A DNA stretch of 64,000 nucleotides, taken from the NCBI RefSeq assembly GCF_006345805.1, contig NC_043026.1, forward strand, positions 682,001 to 746,000. The letters run 5' to 3'. Numbering within the stretch: the stretch's first letter is position 1; the number at the start of each line of letters is the position of its first letter. A program made the position numbers and the translations under genes. Of this stretch, positions 56,674 through 64,000 are shown in pieces. This DNA comes from Octopus sinensis (Eukaryota). The notes beneath the pieces were generated by a model. It was not told the DNA's origin, made no database searches, and saw nothing but the letters and a program-made list of their open reading frames with translations.

Positions 56674-58163
56674 CTAGCCAACAAAAAAAAAAATCAAAAA
56701 GCAAAAAAAAAATGTGGAAAACAATAATAATAAAGATAATAATGATGATGATGTCGATAATAATAATAATAATAATAGCAACAAAATTTTTTTAAAAATC
56801 AATAAACAAACAAACAAACCAAAAAAGGGCCAGTTTTTGATGAAAACCCTTCACACTTAGTCGGAGTGTAAACTTAGTATTCTTCCATAGATAGAGAGAG
56901 GAAGAAGAAAATATCAAGAAATATTGGGCTCTAAGCATCAATATTTGTCCCTGGGGAGTGAATTTGGTGGACACTAGTAGGAAAACAGTCAGCGTGTGTG
57001 TGTACATATACATTCATAAAAGGCGGCGAGCTGGCAGAAACGTTAGCGCGCTGGGCGAAATGTTTAGCGGTATTTCGTCTGTCGTTATGTTCTGAGTTCA
57101 AATTCCGCCGAGGTCGACTTTGCCTTTCATCCTTTCGGGGTCGATAAACTAAGTACCAGTTGCACACTGGGGTCGATGTAATTGACTTAATCCATTTGTC
57201 TGTCCTTGTTTGTCCCCTCTGTGTTTAGCCCCTTGTGGGTGGTAAAGAAATAGGTATTTCATCTGTCTTTACGTTCTGAGTTTAAATTCCGCCGAGGTCG
57301 ACTTTGCCTTTCATCCTTTCGGGGTCGATTAAATAAGTGCCAGTAAATCACTGGGGTCGATATAATCGGCTTAATCCCCTTGTCTGTCCTTGGTTGACCC
57401 CTCTATGTTTAGCCCTTGTGAGCAGTAAATAAATATATACATTCATATATGAGAAGTATTGGTATCCAGAAGACCAAAGGTGGGAGGTAACGTTATGTAA
57501 GTACTATGGAAGGACCGTAGTTAAACTCTCAGTCGGATCAATAATGATATGAGTGAGGAGTCTAATGGAAGGACCGAAGTTAAACTCTTATATGAGGCGT
57601 TACCAGCATCGCTTCACTGGCACCCGTGATGGTGGCATGTGTAAAAGATTCGAGCGAGGTCGTTGCCAGTGCCGCCTGATTGGCCCCATGCCGGTAGCAC
57701 GTAAAAGCACCCACTACTCTCTCGGAGTGGTTGGCATTAGGAAGGGCATCCAGCTGTAGAAACTCTGCCATATCAAGATTGAAGCCTGGTGCAGCCATCT
57801 AGTTCGCCAGCCCTCAGTCAAACCGTCCAACCCATGCTAGCATGGAAAGCGGACGTTAAACGATGATGATGATGATATACACACACACACACATACATGT
57901 TTGTGTGTGTGTGTGTCTGTAAGTGTATACACACATGCACACACACATGTGTATGTTTATATTTAAGTGTGTAAATAGGTATTTGATGTATGTATGTATG
58001 TATGTATGTATGTATGTATATGTATGTATGTATGCATGTATATGTATGTATGCATGCATGCATGTATGTATGCATGCATGCATGTATGTATGTATGTATG
58101 TATGTATGTATGTATGTATGTATGTATGTATGTTGTGTGTATGCATGTATGTATGTATGTATG

Positions 58164-58195
<32 letters not shown>

Positions 58196-58263
58196 TGTAT
58201 GTATGTATGTTTGCATGCATGCATGTATGTATGTATGTATGTATGTATGTATGTATGTATGTA

Positions 58264-58294
<31 letters not shown>

Positions 58295-59042
58295 ATGTAT
58301 GTATGTATGTATGTATGTATGTATATGTATGTATGTATGCATGTATGTATGTATGTATGTATGTCTCATTGTTTGTATGTAGTAGTATAAATATCTTGAG
58401 ACTTTAAAGGTACATAACTCAGGCCAACTTAAATCCATAAATAGAGTCGGTGTGTTGCTATAGAATTCAGTACTTATTTAGACAGTTGTGGCAGCTCCAG
58501 CGTGGGCAAAGCCTTTTGCTGTTGTTGTTTAATCCCAGGCCTGGTACACTTCCAAGCATTCTAAGCACGCCGCTCTTACCATCTTTTTAAAGACGACAGG
58601 GTGTTGTTTGAGGGAAACATAGCTACTGTCTCTAGCAGGTCGAAGAAGTACATAAATGTTCATTCATTCATACATACATACTTACATACATACATACGTA
58701 CATACATACATACACACACACATACATACATACATACACACATACATACATACATACACACACTCACACACATACGTACATACATACGTACATACATACA
58801 TACATACATACATACGTACATACATACGTACATACATACATACATACATACATACGTACATACATACATACATACATACGTACATACGTACATACATACA
58901 TACATACGTACGTATGTACATACATACATACATACATACATACGTACATACATACATACATACATACGTACATACATACACAGACATACGCACATACGTA
59001 CATACATACATACATACATACGTACATACATACATGCATACA

Positions 59043-59073
<31 letters not shown>

Positions 59074-59074
59074 C

Positions 59075-59490
59075 TGTCTATCAGAACAGAGAATACCGGC
59101 AGAACATTCCCATCAAAATATCTGTCAAGTGTAAGCACAACAGGCCAGATATTGTTGTTTGGGACAGGCAAGAACAAATATGTACCGCCATAGAGGTCAG
59201 CTTTCCTGTTGATGTGAATATCTTTTTGAAAATCAAAGAGAAAGAAGATAACAATGGACAACTGCTTCGAAACCTCCAGCTTCTCTATCCGGGTTACAAT
59301 TTTTATATTTATACTAATAATAATTGTAGCACTTGGATTTTGTAAGTAAATGTCTATCTGTCAGTATGGATAAGCTTGGATTTTCAGGAAAAGAAATCAA
59401 CCGACTGATTTATACATTATAAATACAATCTGTAAGCGAAACAGTAAAAATACGCGAGACTTTTCCCAGGTTTAAAATGTGACATCGTTT
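59075..59490 (+). mobile_element. Decayed RLE-type LINE 3' fragment
   Basis: KHNRPDIVVWDRQEQICTAIEVSFP...KEKEDN (PD..E..K pattern). Confidence 0.75.
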
Positions 59491-59804
59491 TCATTATCTA
59501 CATTCCAAAGATGGAGCTTTGTATCTTTGCTAGAAACCAGCTCCTTCTACAGAGGAAGAATTCAAGTGGCTGAAAACAAAAGATAAACATACATACATAC
59601 ACTCATACATACATACATTGTATTCAGGTAATATTACATCTGATGACATAGGACGATAGGTACACAGAAACTTGTGCTCAGGTTGAGTTGCTGTTTAACT
59701 CCAACTTGAACCGCAACTAAGAAACCATGGATGTTATAGCTGACTAATGAAGATTGGCTACGAGCAGTGTTTCAGTTGAGCAGGTATGTATCTACACATA
59801 CCTG

Positions 59805-60590
59805 CTCGGCGAGCTGGCAGAATCTTTAGCACGCCGGGCGAAGTGCGTAGCCGTATTTCGTCTGCCGTTATGTTCTGAGTTCAAATTCCGCCAAGGTCGA
59901 CTTTGCCTTTCATCCTTTCGGGGTCGATAAATTAAGTACCAGTTGCGCACTGGGGTCGATATAATCGACTTAATCCCTTTGTCTGTCATTGTTTGTCCCC
60001 TCTATGTTTAGCCCCTTGTGGGTAGTAAAGAAATAGGTATTTCGTCTGTCTTTACGTTCTGAGTTCAAATTCCGCCGAAGTCGACTTTGCCTTTCATCCT
60101 TTCGGGGTCGATAAATTAAGTACCAGTTGCACACTGGGGTCGATGTAATTGACTTAATCCGTTTGTCTGTCCTTGTTTGTCCCCTCTGTGTTTAGCCCCT
60201 TTTAGGTAGTAAAGAAATAGTTATTTTGTCTGCCGCTACGTTCTGAGTTCAAATTCTGCCAAGGTCAACTTTGCCTTTCATCCTTTCGGGGTCGATAACT
60301 TAAGTACCAGTTACGCACTGGGGTCAATATAATCGACTCTATCCGTTTGTCTGTCCTTGTTTGTCCCCTCTGTGTTTAGCCTCTTGTGGGTAATAAAGAA
60401 ATAGTCATTTCGTCTGCCGCTACGTTCTGAGTTCAAATTCTGCTGAGGTTGACTTTGCCTTTCGGGGTCGATAAATAAAGTACCAGTTTCGCACTGGAAT
60501 CGATATAATCGACTTAATCTGTTTGTCTGTCCTTGTTTGTCCCCTCTGTGTTTAGCCCCTTGTGGGTAGCAAGAAATAGGTATGTATCTA
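59805..60590 (+). mobile_element. SINE family 2 head followed by ~4 tandem 184-bp body units; related arrays at 11560-12125 (-), 40320-40735, 57020-57430, 60905-61130 (-)
   Basis: TCAAATT marker at 59881, 60065, 60249 and 60433 (period 184). Confidence 0.85.
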
Positions 60591-60678
60591 CACATCTTCT
60601 TTCTTTCTTTCTTCTCATCCAGCTTTCAATTCCAGCTGTGACGACCAGCTTTATCTTATACAAATAATTTGGACTTAC

Positions 60679-60738
60679 CATGTAATATCCAGAAGAATAC
60701 TAGAACATAGTATGACCATTATGAACATTCCTCCTCCA
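60679..60738 (-). CDS. Gene C candidate exon (GGGMFIMVILCSSILLDIT), hydrophobic
   Basis: Strong donor TG|gtaagt and matching phase 2, but the acceptor is purine-rich and weak. Confidence 0.3.
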
Positions 60739-61197
60739 CTGGTCTCTTATCGATCTCTTGTCATCTAAATTCCTGTGGCATTTAACTCCATCCTCATTTT
60801 GGGTCAATATTTAAATATTTAAGTATCATAATCTGACCTGCTACCAGAGTTCACCTGTTTATACTTTTATTCTATTACACACACACACACACACACACAT
60901 AATTATTTATTTCTTTATTGCCCACAGAGGGCTAAACATAGAGGGGACAAACAAGGACAGACGAGGGGATTAAGTCGATTATATCGACCCCAGTGATTTA
61001 CTGGTACTTATTTAATCGACCCCGAAAGGATGAAAGGCAAAGTCGACCTCGGCGGAATTTGAACTCAGAATGTAGCGACAGGCGAATTACGGCTGTGCAT
61101 TTCGCCCAGCGTGCTAACGTTTCTGCCAGAGGTGACCAAGTTAATAGTGGAGGTGGATGCTCAGAGGATGTCAAAACTAGAATAAGAATAGCATAAT

Positions 61198-61525
61198 TAT
61201 TACTTCCACCTTAGCAAAGGTAGAGGTATTGTCTGTCTGTTTGTCCACGGAGATGATATCTCAAGAACCGCTGGATGGATTTGGATGAAACTTTCAGAGA
61301 TGTTTGGCCTCATGATTAGGATGAACTGATTAAACTTTGGGCTCAGTCTGGTACTAAAGAAGGATTCTGGATTATTTTCCCAGGTTTTTTACTTAATTTT
61401 TGAGAGTGGTTGGGTTCATTTTTAGTATTCTCATTCGTGAGAGCAGAAATCATCCCTGGCTAATTGTTGAGAGGACATTGGTGTTGCCTTGGCAGAGGTT
61501 TGCGCTATCTGAGTACTCTTGTTAA
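61198..61525 (+). mobile_element. Helentron-associated (HINE/DINE-like) non-autonomous element
   Basis: 5' TTACTTCCACCTTAGC..AAGGTAGAGG and 3' CCTTGGCAGAGGT inverted motifs plus a small terminal hairpin. Confidence 0.55.
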
Positions 61526-61779
61526 TGATTATTATTATATATACATACATGCATAAATATATACTCTTTACTCTTTTACTCTTTTACTTGTTTCAGTCAT
61601 TTGACTGCGGCCATGCTGGAGCACCACCTTTAGTCGAGCAAATCGACCCCGGGACTTATTCTTTGTAAGCCCAGTACTTATTCTATCGGTCTCTTTTGCC
61701 AAACCGCTAAGTGACGGGGACGTAAACACACCAGCATCGGTTGTCGAGCAATGCTAGGGGGACAAACACAGACACACAA

Positions 61780-61810
<31 letters not shown>

Positions 61811-62430
61811 CATATATACGACAGGCTTCTTTCAGTTTCCGTCTACCAAATCCACTCACAAGGCATTGGTAGGCCCGGGGCTATAGCAGAAGACAGTTGC
61901 CCAAGATGCCACGCAGTGGGACTGAACCCGGAACCATGTGGTTGGTTAGCAAGCTACTTACCACACAGCTACTCCTGCGCCTATATATATATATGTTTGT
62001 GTATATAAATATATTTGTATACGTGTCATTGTTTTGACATTGTGTGATGTCATTCTTTTCATAAAAATAGCAACAATGATGATTGTGTATGTGTGTGTGT
62101 GCATGTGTGTGTCCATGCATATGCATGTATATGTGTGTGTTAATGTGTAATGTTATCTTGACATTGCATGATGATTGCAAACGAGCATTGTTGACGTACA
62201 AACAAGTTTTCTCATTTTCAGCTTTCCATGGAAAAAAAAAAAAAAAGAAACCTATCTGGCTATGGGAGAATATCTTGCTTGGAAAGAGGTGAGGATTAGC
62301 AACAGGAAAGGCATCCAGCTGTAGAAAATTTCAACAAATTTCGTGTGACCCATGCACGCAGAGAAACAATGATCTTAAATGGTGATTATGAAGACTGAAG
62401 ATGATATATAACAGAAAAACAAGAGAGGAG

Positions 62431-62461
<31 letters not shown>

Positions 62462-62965
62462 CATATGTATAGAAATTGATTAATTAGCAAACAGATTCTA
62501 GGCGAATATCTTATTTTCTTTGTCACCACCCTCATTCTCTCTTTCTTTATACACACACACACACACATATATATATATTACGGAGATGTACTTGCATAGC
62601 AAGTGACCTGATCTGAGATTGTGTGCTGGAACGAAAACAATTGCATCATGGAAGGTGTTTATAAGCCATTTAAGAAACACACAAAAACCGTTAGATTCAC
62701 TTCAAAATTTAAATTTAATTTGTCAAAATATTTTCATTGCTTTGAGACTGCGACCTGTTCACTGACAATGCAGCATGAAGTTTTGTCAGTGAAGAGGTCA
62801 CGGTCTTAAAGCAACGAAAATATTTTGACAAATTAAATTTAAATTTTGAAGTGAATCTAAAGGCTTTGTGTGTTTCTTAAATGGATTACAAACACCTTCC
62901 ACGCTGCAATTGTTTATATATATATAGATGTCCAAACTACACACACACATATATATATATACAGA

Positions 62966-63506
62966 CAGTGGTGGACTGGCGAGGTTGCCAGCATGCCCGA
63001 TGGCAAGGGGGGCCCCTGCCCCAATAGAGTCCATATATGGGGACCCACATAAGTATCTAAGAGGCTCATCTCCTCAAGTTTGAGAATTTTTTATTCACTT
63101 CCGGAAGAATACATTATTTTAGCCTGGCTGTGTTTGTAGACAGTGGAAAAGAATACTTGTAACCCTTTCAATACCAGCCCCATGGAAACCGCCTCTGGCT
63201 CTGTAGTACAAATGTCTTGTTTTCATAAGTTCTGAATTAAAATTCTTCCACCAAACCTTAGTCACAATTTATGTTCCTAACACTAGGTTAATGATAATGA
63301 AGCTATTTTACTAAATTCTTCGTTATATTTAAAATTAATTGAAAGAAACACAGAACATCTCAAAATAAATATGGTGACGAAAGGGTTAACAAAAAAAAAT
63401 TAAATGATAGCATTGTAGTTGTGGCTGGGCCCTCTTGTAGTTGTGGCTGGGCCCCCTTGTAGTTGTGGGTGGGTTCCCTTAGTCTCCTGGCAACCGCCTG
63501 CCACTG
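62966..63506. mobile_element. hAT-like MITE containing a nested piggyBac-like MITE (63163-63385)
   Basis: CAGTGG...CCACTG ends with an 8-bp TSD-like TATACAGA/TGTACACA; inner element has CCCTTTC..ACCA / TGGT..GAAAGGG TIRs flanked by gTAA/TTAA. Confidence 0.6.
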
Positions 63507-64000
63507 TGTACACACATATATACACGTATATACACATATTGTTTCCTACCTACATAAGCAACATCAAATATTTTTCAGTCCCACAATGTTAAAATGCAAC
63601 TCTAGATGCTGCTCTGATAAAGTGTCCTTCCAATAGAATCAATCACAGATATGGTCTTGACTTTCCTCCAGGTGCAGGAGTGGCTTTGTGGTAAGTAGCT
63701 TGTTTACCAGCCACATGGTTCTGGGTTCAGTCCCACTGCGTGGCACCTTGGGCAAGTGTCTTCTTCTATAGCCTCGGGCCGACCAAAGCCTTGTGAGTGG
63801 ATTTGGTAGACGGAAACTGAAAGAATCCCATCGTATATATGTATATATATATGTGTGTGTGTGTGTATGTGTGTCTGTGTTTGTCCCCCTAGCATTGCTT
63901 GACAACCGATGCTGGTGTGTTTACGTCTCCGTTACTTAGCAGTTCGGCAAAAGAGACCGATAGAATAAGTACAGGGCTTACAAAAGAATAAGCCCCGGAG

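Overview
AT-rich, microsatellite-saturated animal DNA. The SINE and other repeat families look like those of an octopus; this is recalled from familiarity, not searched. Nearly all long ORFs in the track are microsatellite artefacts. Manual splicing gives three gene-level results. (1) Two complete tandem paralogous minus-strand genes, A (CDS 15154->4566) and B (33676->27128). Each has 5 coding exons with identical lengths and phases (331/179/164/164/53 nt) plus a 5'UTR exon, and encodes a 296-aa secreted protein: signal peptide, PAN/Apple-like module, and a ~185-aa Trp/Cys-containing domain I cannot name. The pair is mosaic. Exons 1-2 are ~66-71% identical in protein, while everything from inside intron 2 through >4.5 kb downstream is ~98% identical in DNA, and 12 of the 13 substitutions in exons 3-4 change the amino acid. 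(2) A decayed minus-strand gene at ~18.8-21.0 kb with signal-like, EGF-like, stalk and TM-like remnants. (3) The 3' end of a third, unidentified minus-strand gene at ~48.3-56.7 kb, possibly reaching 60.7 kb. Mobile DNA includes SINEs, R4/Dong-type RLE LINE fragments in AAT arrays (two near-identical copies inverted around the ATG exon of gene B), a Penelope-like GIY-YIG fragment with hammerhead-like motifs, many foldback elements, and mariner, Gypsy, Helitron and MITE remnants. A 100-N gap lies at 43156-43255.
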